A stretch of DNA of 27,917 nucleotides, from contig JBGAIQ010000069.1 of assembly GCA_044225365.1 (NCBI GenBank), positions 1-27,917 of the forward strand. The letters are read 5' to 3'. Source of the stretch: Planctomycetota bacterium (GTDB taxonomy: Bacteria; Planctomycetota; B15-G4; JADJEK01). The position numbers were made by a program, and so were the translations under genes. This document shows, piece after piece, positions 1 through 9,401 of the stretch; position 1 is the stretch's first letter; every line of letters begins with the position of its first letter. The notes below the pieces were generated by a model. That model searched no databases, was not told the origin of the DNA, and saw only the letters and a program-made list of their open reading frames with translations.

Positions 1-234
1 GGCGGCGAGACTTTGTACATCATGGAGACGCTCCCCGCGGGGTATGCACTGCTCGCGGCGAACGAGGCCGAGAAGGCGGCGCCGATCAAGCTGCTCGAAG
101 TGCGCGCGTTCGGCGCGTTCGGTCGGCTCTATCTCGGCGGTGACGAATCGGCGATCCAGGAAGCCGCGAAGGCCGCGGTCGCCATTCTCGACTCCACCGT
201 GGGCCGCGTGATCGCGAACAAGGGCGGCGACTGA
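1..234 (+). CDS. Bacterial microcompartment tandem-domain shell protein (BMC-T, CcmP/CsoS1D-like), 5'-truncated
   Basis: Frame 1 is open from base 1: [47 protein letters not shown]. The AANEAEKAA and [10 protein letters not shown] motifs are typical of the C-terminal half of stacking BMC-T trimers. TGA at 232-234. Confidence 0.85.
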   Translation, partial: GGETLYIMETLPAGYALLAANEAEKAAPIKLLEVRAFGAFGRLYLGGDESAIQEAAKAAVAILDSTVGRVIANKGGD

Positions 235-240
235 GGCAAC

Positions 241-936
241 TCAGGAGACAGCGCGCGCGATGGCAAAGGCCGCCGCCGCCGCGAGCCCTCCGATGAGCGT
301 GGTCTGAATTGCGCTCTTGAGCGGTCCCGATCCCGCGAAGCGTCCCTTCACTCCACCGAAGACGAACAACGCAACGAGCGTGATGACGACCGATGTCTTC
401 AGCGCACGTTGCGAGTCGTCGAGCACGATGTAGGCGAGCAGCGGGATCATGCCTCCGACGAGATAGGACAGGGCGATCGTGCATGCGCTCTTCCAGGCGC
501 GCGCCGGGTCGGGCCGTTCGAGTCCGAGTTCGAATCGCATCATGAACGCGACCCAGTCCTTCGGCCGTTTGCGCAGCGACTCGACGAGCGTCGCGCTCTC
601 TTCCTCACTGAGACCGTAGCTCTCGAAGATCTCGCGCGTCTCCTTCACCTCGACGTCGGGCAGGGTCTCGACCTCTTCCTCCTCGCGTCGCAGTTCGCTC
701 TGGAAGTGTTCGGCATCACCGCGCGCGGCGAGGAAACCGCCGAGCCCCATCGCGATCGATCCTGCAGCGATCTCGGCGAGACCCGCCGTGACGATGACAT
801 GTGTTTGCGAGATCGCGCCAGTGAGGCCCGCGGCGAGCGCGAAGGGCACGGTGAGTCCATCGGACATCCCGATGACGATGTCGCGGACGACGTCGCCCGC
901 CGTGAAGTGCTGCTCGGAGTGCGGAGTGATGGGCAT
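241..936 (-). CDS. VIT1/CCC1 family Fe2+/Mn2+ transporter
   Basis: Contains EQHF..VRDIVIGMSDGLTVPFALAAG, AEIAAGSIAMGLGGFLA and FMMRFELGL, with about five TM segments. Start placed at ATG 936 (MPITPHSEQHF); the upstream ORF extension looks non-coding. Confidence 0.93.
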   Translation of the reverse strand: MPITPHSEQHFTAGDVVRDIVIGMSDGLTVPFALAAGLTGAISQTHVIVTAGLAEIAAGSIAMGLGGFLAARGDAEHFQSELRREEEEVETLPDVEVKETREIFESYGLSEEESATLVESLRKRPKDWVAFMMRFELGLERPDPARAWKSACTIALSYLVGGMIPLLAYIVLDDSQRALKTSVVITLVALFVFGGVKGRFAGSGPLKSAIQTTLIGGLAAAAAFAIARAVS

Positions 937-1097
937 GCGCGATACTCTGACCGCCGACTCGTTGCGCGTCCAGCCCCCGTCCCCACGATCCGACGAAACC
1001 CGAACTCGGCCTCCGAAGTCCCACCCACCGACATTTTTTCGCATCGGACTCCATTTCGAATCCGAACTCGGGTTCGCGATTCGCCGATGAAGGAAGC

Positions 1098-2063
1098 ATG
1101 AGTTCGGAGACACCCAACTCCTCGACGTCGTCCGCAACTTCCACCGTGATCGGGCCGCGATCGCGACCGTCGCCCGGCCCGACGTGTCAGCATCACGGGA
1201 CGACGCGCGCCGAGTACCGCTGCACGAAGTGCGGCACGCTGCTGTGCATCGATTGCGCTCGTCATCGTGACTTCGGCACCGCGACCCTGCGCATCTGCGC
1301 CTGCGACGGCGCCTGCGAGTCGCTCGAGGACCAGCACGCGGCGGCGAATCGAGCGCCGTTCCGTAAGGCTCTCGTCGGTGCGCTGCGTTATCCCGCGCGC
1401 CCCGTCACCGTCGTCGCGATCGTCGCGACGGCGTTGGCCTATGCACTTCTCCATGCCGCGGCGATGGTGATCGGACCCATGATCGCGACCGCGATGGCGA
1501 TCGTCGTCTCGGTCCTCGGCGGGGGGTACCTGATCGAGTTCGCGATCGACATCGTTCTCGCATCGCTCGATGGCAAGGATGAGACGCCCGCCTGGCCGGA
1601 CTTCCACGACGCCTGGACCAGCGCGGTCGAACCCTTCCTGTTCGTCTTCGCGATCGGTGTCGTCTCCGCCACTCCCGCGGCACTCGCGATGCTCGGCACG
1701 GGCGGTAGCTTCATCGCCGCGACGCCGTTCGCCTTCGCCGGGCTCGGCATCTTCCTGCTGGCCTGCGCATCGCTCGCGCTCGGCGACGGACTCGGCGCGT
1801 TGAAGCCGAGCTCGATCTGGCGCCTCGCCGACGGCTCGTTCCGACCGCTGCTCGATCTCACGGCGGGAGCCTTCGCGCTCCTTCTCGTAGCGCGAATCGT
1901 GAATCGTCTGCTCGACGCCCTGTCCGAATACGTTCCGATCCTGCCGACCGCGCTCTCCACGCTCGTTTGCGTCTATGCGACCGTGGTGATCGCAAGGATG
2001 CTCGGGCTCTACGTTCGAGAACGAGCGTGGATCGAGATCGAAAACGCCGCCCGCTCCAAGTGA
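1098..2063 (+). CDS. B-box-type zinc finger fused to a polytopic membrane domain (DUF4013-like)
   Basis: CQHH-x8-CTKC-x4-CIDC plus CACDGAC at the N-terminus, followed by about six hydrophobic helices with a PAWPDF loop. AAGGAAG lies upstream of the ATG. Confidence 0.7.
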   Translation: MSSETPNSSTSSATSTVIGPRSRPSPGPTCQHHGTTRAEYRCTKCGTLLCIDCARHRDFGTATLRICACDGACESLEDQHAAANRAPFRKALVGALRYPARPVTVVAIVATALAYALLHAAAMVIGPMIATAMAIVVSVLGGGYLIEFAIDIVLASLDGKDETPAWPDFHDAWTSAVEPFLFVFAIGVVSATPAALAMLGTGGSFIAATPFAFAGLGIFLLACASLALGDGLGALKPSSIWRLADGSFRPLLDLTAGAFALLLVARIVNRLLDALSEYVPILPTALSTLVCVYATVVIARMLGLYVRERAWIEIENAARSK

Positions 2064-2069
2064 GCGCGA

Positions 2070-3158
2070 TCAGCGTTCGACGATCTTCACGCCGCTGACG
2101 AATGCGCCGCCCGGCTCGGTGTCGATGGGCGTCAGCGTCATCGTCTTCGGGTTGCCACCGATCTTGATCGCAAGGCTGCGCACCGAGACTCCGTCCGCGA
2201 CGACGAGGAACTTGTCGGTCTTGTCGAGGTCGCCGGCGTGGAGCTGCGTGCCGAGGCCGGATGCGCCGCCGTGCAGCGTTACGAGCTGGCCCGACTTGCC
2301 GTCGCGTTGGAATCCCTCGATGTTCTGGCCGAGATTCCCGCCGAGTACGACGAGGAGCTTGTTTCCGGGGATCGTCGCGACGGGCGCATTGACGAGCGAA
2401 AGACCGATCGGACCCTCGCCCACGTAGGAGAGCGCGCCGCTCTTCGCGTCGACGCGCATCGTACGCACGATGTTCGTGCCGTTCGCGTGGTACGCGAACT
2501 TCCCGTCGCGCGAGAGCTGCAGGTTGAAGAAGGTCGCGCCCGTCACGGTTCCGATCGGGGTGAGGGCGGACAGAGCACCATCGCTGCCGACGAGGAGCGA
2601 ATGCACCGAGGCGTCACTCAGACCGCAGACGAGGAGATGGTTCTTCGCCGCGACGATCGCGCTCGGCTCGTCGGCCAGCGAATAGGGCGAGCCGGAGACG
2701 GTCTGGAACGACCCGTCGGCGAGCACCTCACGAACGTCGACCACGTCCTGATCCGGGCTCGTGAGGTAGCAGAAGGTCCGCTTTCCGATGTCCACGACGG
2801 CGACACCGATCGAAGCGCCCGCCGCGACCATGTGAGGAGAGTCGAGTGCGGGGGTGAGCGCGCCGTCGGTCGCGACTTGATACGTCGCGACGCCGCCCGT
2901 GCCGGTCGCGAACAGCATCTTGCGGTTCTTCGAATAGGCGATCGTCTGACAGCTCCCCGAGCAATCCCCACCGTCCATCATGGCGAAGCCCTGGGAACCC
3001 GCTACCGGCGTGAGCGAGCCGTTCTTCCCGAGCGCGAACGCGAGGACCTGATTGTTGCCGCCACCCACCCGATCGTGGACGTAGACGAATTGATCGGCGT
3101 GCGCTCGTTCGAGCGCAAGGCAGAGGAGCACGGACGATAGGACGATCGAGATCCGCAT
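2070..3158 (-). CDS. Secreted beta-propeller protein (lactonase / 6-phosphogluconolactonase-like fold)
   Basis: Signal peptide MRISIVLSSVLLCLALERAHA, then repeated blades (GSLTPVAGS, GALTPALDSP, GSFQTVSGSP, LSRDGKFAY). AAGGAG SD upstream of ATG 3158. Confidence 0.75.
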   Translation of the reverse strand: MRISIVLSSVLLCLALERAHADQFVYVHDRVGGGNNQVLAFALGKNGSLTPVAGSQGFAMMDGGDCSGSCQTIAYSKNRKMLFATGTGGVATYQVATDGALTPALDSPHMVAAGASIGVAVVDIGKRTFCYLTSPDQDVVDVREVLADGSFQTVSGSPYSLADEPSAIVAAKNHLLVCGLSDASVHSLLVGSDGALSALTPIGTVTGATFFNLQLSRDGKFAYHANGTNIVRTMRVDAKSGALSYVGEGPIGLSLVNAPVATIPGNKLLVVLGGNLGQNIEGFQRDGKSGQLVTLHGGASGLGTQLHAGDLDKTDKFLVVADGVSVRSLAIKIGGNPKTMTLTPIDTEPGGAFVSGVKIVER

Positions 3159-3240
3159 GAGGTCATCACTCCTTGGTGGGGCGAGATGGACCAAACGGCG
3201 AGAGCATATCGTGGAATGGCCGCGCCGCTATTCTGGGAGC

Positions 3241-4512
3241 ATGTCCGATCGCACCGATTCCGATCTCAGCGTCCTCATCGTCACGGCGGGTTCGCACGGC
3301 GACGTCTTCCCCTTCCTCGCGATCGGCACCGCGCTCGCCGCGCGCGGCGCGAGCGTCCACGTCCTCGTCAATCCGCACTTCGAACCCGAGGTGACTGCGG
3401 CGGGCCTCTCGTTCCTCCCGTTCGGCGAGCGCATGGGGACGGCCGACCTGATCCATCAGTACGGGATCATGCATCCGTTCCTCGGTTCGCAGCGCGTCAT
3501 GTCGCTCTTGCTCGAACTCGCGCCGATCTCCGTTTCGCGCTGTCGCGAAGTGATCGAGCAGTTGAAGCCGGACGTCGTCCTCGGTCATCACATCTGCATC
3601 GGTGTCGACGACGTGGCCGGCGAATTCGGCGTGCCGTGCGCGCTCGCCATGCTCGCGCCCGGGCCCTTGTTCTCCCGCTGCGATCCCGTGCCGACGACGC
3701 AGGGAATCCCGGGCTTCGCGGGCCGCGCGCTCGCCGCGATCGCGGAGCCGCTCGTCCAACACGTCGCCTTTCCGCTCGGCAGTCGCGCGCTCAATCGCAC
3801 CCGCGTGAAGTGCGGTCTCGAGCCCGCGAAGAACGCGTTCATGAATCAATGGCTCGGCGGCGACCTGCTGCTCGGAATGTGGTCGGAAGCGTTCCGCGCG
3901 CCGCAACGCGACGATCCTCCGCACTTCCGCACCTGCGGCTTCCCGCTCTACGACGCGCCTCCGGGAACCCGGCTCGATCCGAGGGTCGATGCGTTCCTCG
4001 CCGCAGGCGATCCGCCCCTTCTCTTTTGTCTCGGCTCGACGGCGGTGCACATCGCAGGCTCGTTCTACGACGACGCCATCGCCGTCGCGAAGTCGCTCGG
4101 ACGGCGCGCGCTCGTGCTCGCTGGCCCGAACGCCGCCCAGTACCAGGATCGCGGAGACGACGTCGGCTCCTTCTCCTACGCGCCGCTCTCGCTCGTCGCC
4201 TCGCACTGCGCGGCGAGCGTCATCCATGGCGGCATCGGCACGACATCGCAGGCGCTCGCCGCCGGCAAACCGACGCTCGTGGCGTCGTTCGCGCACGACC
4301 AGTTCAACAACGGAGTGCGCGTCGAGGCCCTCGGCGTCGGCGACACCCTTCCCGTTCGGCGATTGACCCGCGCCCGACTCGAACGCCGTCTGCGCAGGTT
4401 GCTCGACACGAAATCCATCGTCGACGCCGCCGCCACGCTCGGCGAACGCATTCGGCGGGATCGCGGCGGGGAGTTCGCCGCGCAAGCCGTGCTCGACCTC
4501 GCGCGCGCGTGA
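3241..4512 (+). CDS. GT-B family 1 glycosyltransferase (rhamnosyltransferase / sterol glucosyltransferase-like)
   Basis: N-terminal GSHGDVFPFLAIG and C-terminal sugar-nucleotide motif IHGGIGTTSQALAAGKP..FAHDQFNNG. Start at ATG 3241. Confidence 0.9.
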   Translation: MSDRTDSDLSVLIVTAGSHGDVFPFLAIGTALAARGASVHVLVNPHFEPEVTAAGLSFLPFGERMGTADLIHQYGIMHPFLGSQRVMSLLLELAPISVSRCREVIEQLKPDVVLGHHICIGVDDVAGEFGVPCALAMLAPGPLFSRCDPVPTTQGIPGFAGRALAAIAEPLVQHVAFPLGSRALNRTRVKCGLEPAKNAFMNQWLGGDLLLGMWSEAFRAPQRDDPPHFRTCGFPLYDAPPGTRLDPRVDAFLAAGDPPLLFCLGSTAVHIAGSFYDDAIAVAKSLGRRALVLAGPNAAQYQDRGDDVGSFSYAPLSLVASHCAASVIHGGIGTTSQALAAGKPTLVASFAHDQFNNGVRVEALGVGDTLPVRRLTRARLERRLRRLLDTKSIVDAAATLGERIRRDRGGEFAAQAVLDLARA

Positions 4513-4589
4513 TGGAACGCTGAAGAATTCGCCGGCCTTCACTTAGAATGCCCGGCTTCCGAAGACCCGAACCAACACCGGAGATCCGC

Positions 4590-5024
4590 ATGGCCTCTGC
4601 AGTCCCCAGCTTCGACGACGCGAACCTGACCCTTCGCCTCTACGACCTCCGCCGCGAGGCCGTCATGCGCCAGTCGCGCGATCTGCTCAACATGAAGTTC
4701 TGGCCGAAGAGCTACGAGGACTTCATCGCGATCACCAAACCCGATTCGCCGATGAATGCCGCCTTCCGCCAGATCTCGAGCTTCTGGGAGATGGTCTACG
4801 GCATGGCGCATCACGGCATCGCGCACGCCGAGTACCTCGTCGAGAACAACGCCGAAGGCCTGTTCTTCTATTCGAAGATCCAGCCCTACGTCGCGCAGTT
4901 CCGCAAGGAGGGCTCGCCCACCGCGTTCCAGCACACCGAATGGGTCGCGACGAACACGGATGTCGGCCGCAAGCGCGTCGAGATGTTCACGAAACGCTTC
5001 GCGGCGATGAACGCGGCGAAGTAA
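4590..5024 (+). CDS. Conserved hypothetical helical protein (DUF4760-like)
   Basis: DANLTLRLYDLRREAVMRQSR..SFWEM pattern recalled for this family. Strong coding-like codon use and GGAG upstream of ATG 4590. Confidence 0.6.
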   Translation: MASAVPSFDDANLTLRLYDLRREAVMRQSRDLLNMKFWPKSYEDFIAITKPDSPMNAAFRQISSFWEMVYGMAHHGIAHAEYLVENNAEGLFFYSKIQPYVAQFRKEGSPTAFQHTEWVATNTDVGRKRVEMFTKRFAAMNAAK

Positions 5025-5073
5025 ACGCCTCGTTCCGTGAGAAGTCGGCTCTCCCGCAGGATGCGTCTTCGCG

Positions 5074-6336
5074 TCACAGCGAGGAGTCGACGAGCACGAG
5101 AGCCGCGCCTGTTCCGAGCACCGCCTGCGCGCCCGTCGCGGGCAGGAACGCGGCCTGAAGGTAGGACGTGAAACCGGTGAGCGCGGCCGAGGTGAGACTC
5201 GGAGCGCTCGCCGTCAGCATGAGTGCTCCACTCGGCGGCAGCACCGCGAGAACGAACGGTCCCTGCAGCGGTGGCGCGACGAGCAGCCAGCCCGCAACAC
5301 CGGGGACCGGAAGCGTCGCTCCCTGTACCCCGAGGACGAGCAGCACCAGGTCGCCGCCCGTTCCCTTCAGATCGACGCTCACGGTCTGTCCTTCGCGGAC
5401 GGGAGACGTCACGGCGAGATGCCTGGCGTTACCCGGCAGAGCGAGCGTATCGCCCGGGCCCGCGACGAGGACGGCGCCGCCCTGCGATCCCGATGCGATC
5501 GTCGAATCGAAGAGGACAACGGGCGCCGCGGGAGTGGCCACGACGAGACCGTCGCCGACGAAGTCGCCTCCCTGGATGGTGGAGCCCGCGATCATCGCGG
5601 CTCCGTTCGCGATCTTCATTCCGAGGCCGCCCGGCGCGTAGCCCTGGGACGGCCAGTAGGCGCCGCCCGCCCCGCCCCGGATCGTCGAGTCCACGACCTC
5701 CACCCGGCCGCCAGAGACGTCCGCGCCCGCGCCCCCGGCGCTCCCATAGTACGAGGCGATGGCTCCGCAATTGCAGTAGTCGGAGCCGCGGCCGCCGCCG
5801 AGTGTCGAGTGCACGATGGCGAGCGCAGCGCAATTCGCCGCTACGAGCGCGGGAGAACCGGGGACGGTTGCGAATCCGAAAGGCCCGCCATATCCGGCCG
5901 CGGCCGTCCACGCGACGTCCTCGATCCTCACGGCTCCGGTGCAGTTCTGCACGGCGATCGACGCGGAAGCTTGGAAGAAGCCGAGATAGAGCTCGCTCGA
6001 TGCGCCTCGAATGGCGAATGTCTGTCCCGCGGGTACGCCCGAGACGATCAGACCGCGAAGCGAGAAGGTCGAGCCAGCGGGATCCGCGGCGATGACGATC
6101 CCCTTCCCTGCAACCGTGACCGACTCCACGTAGGTTCCGGCCCGCACGAGCACGATGTCGCCTGCGGAAGCCGCATTCACGGCCGCTTGGACGGTCGTGT
6201 AGTTGCCGCCTCCCCCGGCGTCGACGATCGCAACCCCCGCCTGCGCTTGGGCAAGGACGGCGACGGCGAGCGCGGCGAACGCAGCAAACGTGCGCAAGCG
6301 GCGGAGGGATCCGATCGAAGCGACTGCCGAGCCCAT
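5074..6336 (-). CDS. Secreted Gly/Ala-rich protein with pectin-lyase-like beta-helix N-terminus and a beta-rich C-terminal domain
   Basis: Signal peptide ending AQAQA, and VDAGGGGNYTTVQAAVNAASAGDIVLVRAGTY, the typical beta-helix N-cap. GGAG upstream of ATG 6336. Confidence 0.7.
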   Translation of the reverse strand: MGSAVASIGSLRRLRTFAAFAALAVAVLAQAQAGVAIVDAGGGGNYTTVQAAVNAASAGDIVLVRAGTYVESVTVAGKGIVIAADPAGSTFSLRGLIVSGVPAGQTFAIRGASSELYLGFFQASASIAVQNCTGAVRIEDVAWTAAAGYGGPFGFATVPGSPALVAANCAALAIVHSTLGGGRGSDYCNCGAIASYYGSAGGAGADVSGGRVEVVDSTIRGGAGGAYWPSQGYAPGGLGMKIANGAAMIAGSTIQGGDFVGDGLVVATPAAPVVLFDSTIASGSQGGAVLVAGPGDTLALPGNARHLAVTSPVREGQTVSVDLKGTGGDLVLLVLGVQGATLPVPGVAGWLLVAPPLQGPFVLAVLPPSGALMLTASAPSLTSAALTGFTSYLQAAFLPATGAQAVLGTGAALVLVDSSL

Positions 6337-6562
6337 GAACGACTCCAGCCTTGCGGGCAGCAATGACTCCGGGACTGCAATGATTGCCACGGATGTGAGC
6401 GTAACATCCGCAAGGGGTTTGCCCGATTGAGCTACTTCCCGCGGTCCGCCCGCGGATCGCCCATTCGTCGGAGCTTGAACGAGATGGGATCGCGCGCACG
6501 ATCCAACGCCTCGCCCCCCAACGAAGGTCGGCCGTAAGCGCGTCGAGTCGTGCGCGGCAGCC

Positions 6563-9349
6563 TCATTTCCCCGCCGCCGTGACGACCGTCGGCGGACCGT
6601 TCGCGACGATCTCGATCGCGGGGAGCATGGTCTCGGCGGATTCGGATCGAGCGCTTCCAAATCCGATTTCGATCATCCCCGCAGGCAGCAGGAGGTCTTG
6701 GCCCGCGTCGGTCGATCTCAGGATCGCCCGACTCAGAACGCGACGCGCGGGCGTGGGGTCGCCTCGTCGGCGCCAATAGATCGCAGTTCCTTTCTCTCGC
6801 TTCGCTCCATCGAGTTCGCTCGAGAGGAGGATGCGTGCGATCCCGGTGGACTCCGCGGGTAGTTCCACGATCCGGTCGCCCGGATTCGACGCCGCGGAAA
6901 CGAGGACTCGCACCGGTGAATAGAAGAGCGGTGTGCGATCGATGTCGAGTTCGTACATCCCAACGGCGAGATCGATCTCGATCAAGTCGCCCGGCAACGA
7001 GTGCTTGTTCACCACCGGGGCCTCGAGAGGATCCGTTTCCGTTCGAGGCCGAACGCGAATCGCCGGGTCGACGATCGGCTCTCGGGTTGCGATGTCGACG
7101 ATGCGCAGTCGCACATGTCCGATTTCGGAGAGGAGGACCTCCGCGCTCTCGTCCCCGGCGCGAATTCGTTGTTCGAACGTGAACCCATTGCGATCGGCTC
7201 GAACGATCACGCCTTGCCCCGCTTCGACGCCGCTCAAGACGCGAAATCGACCTCTCGCATCCGTCGTCAGGCCGACTCGCCAGTCGGCGCTCTCGCCCCG
7301 AAGCGAGATGGTCATGCCGGGTGCGACCGAGCGATCCGGCAGGAGCACGGTTCCTCCGACCCACGAGGTCGCCGCTTGCACATCGACGTCGAGCTCGGCT
7401 GTCGAACCACTCGTCAACGTCGCATACGCGACCTTCGAACCGATCCCTGGAATCTCTGCCCAGATCGACGCCTCACCCGGTTCCAGCCCCTCGTGGCGAT
7501 AGCGGCCGTCCGGCCCTGCCTGGTGCCGGGTCGTAGCGCCGCCGTCGTTGACGCGAAGCGAATAGTGAATGGGACCGGGCCGTCCATTGAACGTCAATCG
7601 TCCCTCGAGCACGGCCGTCGGCTCGGTCCGGAGCAGGTCGAAATCGATCGACCTCGATTCGCCGGGCGATGTCGCTTCGAACGGATACACACAGCTCTCG
7701 AATCCCTTCGACGTGCACTCGATCTTCCCATGGCAGAACGGCGCGATTCCGTCGAACACGTACGCGCCCGTGGAATCCGTCTGGACGAACATCCGCGAGC
7801 ATTCGATCTCGAACGTGCTGAACGATCCCGTGTCGGCACCCGTCGTGTCGCGCATCGGGTCCGCGACGATGTCGACGAGCGCGATCTGCGCTGCCGTCGC
7901 CGTCGCTCCCCCTTTCGGGCGCACCTTTCCTCGAAACCTGCAAGCCGGCCAGAGCGGGATCTCGAGCCCAGTCTCTCGAGGCGATTCGGTGATGGCGCCC
8001 GCGAGATCAGCGCATCGCGTCGACGCGTACGTCGGTGCAGCCACTCGCAACCATGCGGTGTGATGGCGCAGCGATCCCGCCGGGATCCGTCCTTCGAATA
8101 CGCCCGACACGTCGGTCTTCAACCGGAGTGTCGTGTCACTCCCTCCAAGCGAGCTGTTCCGGATGTCGATCGAGACATCGGCGTCGGAAAGATCTCGTTT
8201 CGTGATGGCGTCGACGACGTGTCCTCGGACGATCTCGATCTCTTCGAGGTCGAGATCCAGCCGATGATCACCCGCTGTCGGCACCACGAGCTGACGTTCG
8301 ACGGGGAACATCGACTCAGCAGTGATGCGAACCATCAACCTTCGATCGACGGGGACGTCGGCGAGCTCGTATTCACCCTGGCTCGCGCTGACGCACGACT
8401 TCTCCACCGGGGTCTTGTCGAACCAGCGGAACGTAATCGTCGCCCCGGGTAGAGGAAGTCGCGACGTCGCGAAACGGATTCGCCCCGAAACCGTCGCGGT
8501 CCTCACCGCGACGGGAGATTCGCTGGCCACGGTGGCCCCCGCCTCGCGAGACTCGGTCGCCTCGATTCGCGGCAGTGGATCGCCGGGTAAGGAAGTCGCC
8601 GTGAATCGCTCGGAGTCGATTTCGGCGTCCGACGGCGTCGAGTCGATTGCGATCGATGGCGGATCGCTCCAGACATGGAAGAGGCCCGTCGTCGCAAGGA
8701 CCAGCACCGCGGCCGCAGCCACGCTCTTCCATCGCATGATCGTCGCCCCCATCGTCAACGTCATGATCGCCGTGGCCTTCACCCCATCCGATCCGATCGC
8801 CGGGATCGCCAGCGCCCGCCATGCTCTCACTCCCGATTCACCCGCTCCCTCGATTCCGTCGAGCCGCACCCGCAGCATCGCGAGACCGCGGTGGATCCTC
8901 GAACGAACCGTCGCGGCGGGCGCCCGCGTACGCGCTGCGATTTCGGCCGTCCCGAGGTCCTCGAAGAATCGCAGGAGCAGCGTGCGACGATAGGGTTCAT
9001 CGAGCTCGAGCACGAATCCGAGGATGCGGCGCTCCGTCTCGGCGCGATCGAGCAGATCGTCCGGTACGTCGGGAACGCAGTTAGAGTTCGCGCCGACGAA
9101 TCGAGCATCTCTCGACCGGCGACGCGAGACGTCCCGCAACGAATTCAGGGCGAGCCCGCGGGCGACTTTCGTCACGAGAGCGCGGAGGTTCCGGATCGGC
9201 GCCTTGAATCGGAGGAGAGAGAGCCATGCTTCTTGCTCCACATCGTCCCGTGTCGCCTCGTCGCGCACGATTTGCCCGATCATCGCGCGCAGCCATTCGC
9301 GATGACGCAAGAGTTGCTCGATGTCGGTCGGGCTCGATGCAGGATCCAT
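6563..9349 (-). CDS. ECF sigma-70 factor with C-terminal TM helix and extracytoplasmic carboxypeptidase-regulatory-like repeats (928 aa)
   Basis: Sigma2 (TRDDVEQEAWL) and sigma4 (LDEPYRRTLLLRFFEDLGTAEIA..TVRSRIHRGLAMLR), TM WKSVAAAAVLVLATTGLFHVW, then repeats of the form G-x-V..P..A-x-V..TD-x-x-G-x-F/Y. Confidence 0.88.
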   Translation of the reverse strand: MDPASSPTDIEQLLRHREWLRAMIGQIVRDEATRDDVEQEAWLSLLRFKAPIRNLRALVTKVARGLALNSLRDVSRRRSRDARFVGANSNCVPDVPDDLLDRAETERRILGFVLELDEPYRRTLLLRFFEDLGTAEIAARTRAPAATVRSRIHRGLAMLRVRLDGIEGAGESGVRAWRALAIPAIGSDGVKATAIMTLTMGATIMRWKSVAAAAVLVLATTGLFHVWSDPPSIAIDSTPSDAEIDSERFTATSLPGDPLPRIEATESREAGATVASESPVAVRTATVSGRIRFATSRLPLPGATITFRWFDKTPVEKSCVSASQGEYELADVPVDRRLMVRITAESMFPVERQLVVPTAGDHRLDLDLEEIEIVRGHVVDAITKRDLSDADVSIDIRNSSLGGSDTTLRLKTDVSGVFEGRIPAGSLRHHTAWLRVAAPTYASTRCADLAGAITESPRETGLEIPLWPACRFRGKVRPKGGATATAAQIALVDIVADPMRDTTGADTGSFSTFEIECSRMFVQTDSTGAYVFDGIAPFCHGKIECTSKGFESCVYPFEATSPGESRSIDFDLLRTEPTAVLEGRLTFNGRPGPIHYSLRVNDGGATTRHQAGPDGRYRHEGLEPGEASIWAEIPGIGSKVAYATLTSGSTAELDVDVQAATSWVGGTVLLPDRSVAPGMTISLRGESADWRVGLTTDARGRFRVLSGVEAGQGVIVRADRNGFTFEQRIRAGDESAEVLLSEIGHVRLRIVDIATREPIVDPAIRVRPRTETDPLEAPVVNKHSLPGDLIEIDLAVGMYELDIDRTPLFYSPVRVLVSAASNPGDRIVELPAESTGIARILLSSELDGAKREKGTAIYWRRRGDPTPARRVLSRAILRSTDAGQDLLLPAGMIEIGFGSARSESAETMLPAIEIVANGPPTVVTAAGK

Positions 9350-9357
9350 GCAACCTC

Positions 9358-9385
9358 AAGAACCGCGAGATCGCGGCGCGTTGCA
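9358..9385 (-). promoter_or_regulatory. Putative autoregulated ECF-type promoter TGCAAC-N16-GTTCTT
   Basis: Minus strand TGCAAC (9385-9380), 16 nt, GTTCTT (9363-9358), 8 nt, ATG 9349. The same geometry occurs upstream of the second sigma gene. Confidence 0.7.
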
Positions 9386-9401
9386 GGATACCGCTACTTG
9401 C

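Noticed and set aside
6337-6430. GGGCAAACC on the minus strand suggesting a c-di-GMP-I riboswitch
   Set aside because: The GNRA-capped stem and downstream GACGCAAA element are missing.
6337-6660. N-terminal extensions given by the ORF track (here, and for VIT1, GT1, rlmN, aceE and the 26480 ORF)
   Set aside because: Low-complexity extensions that overlap neighbours or promoters; downstream starts fit SD or -10 signals and family N-termini better.
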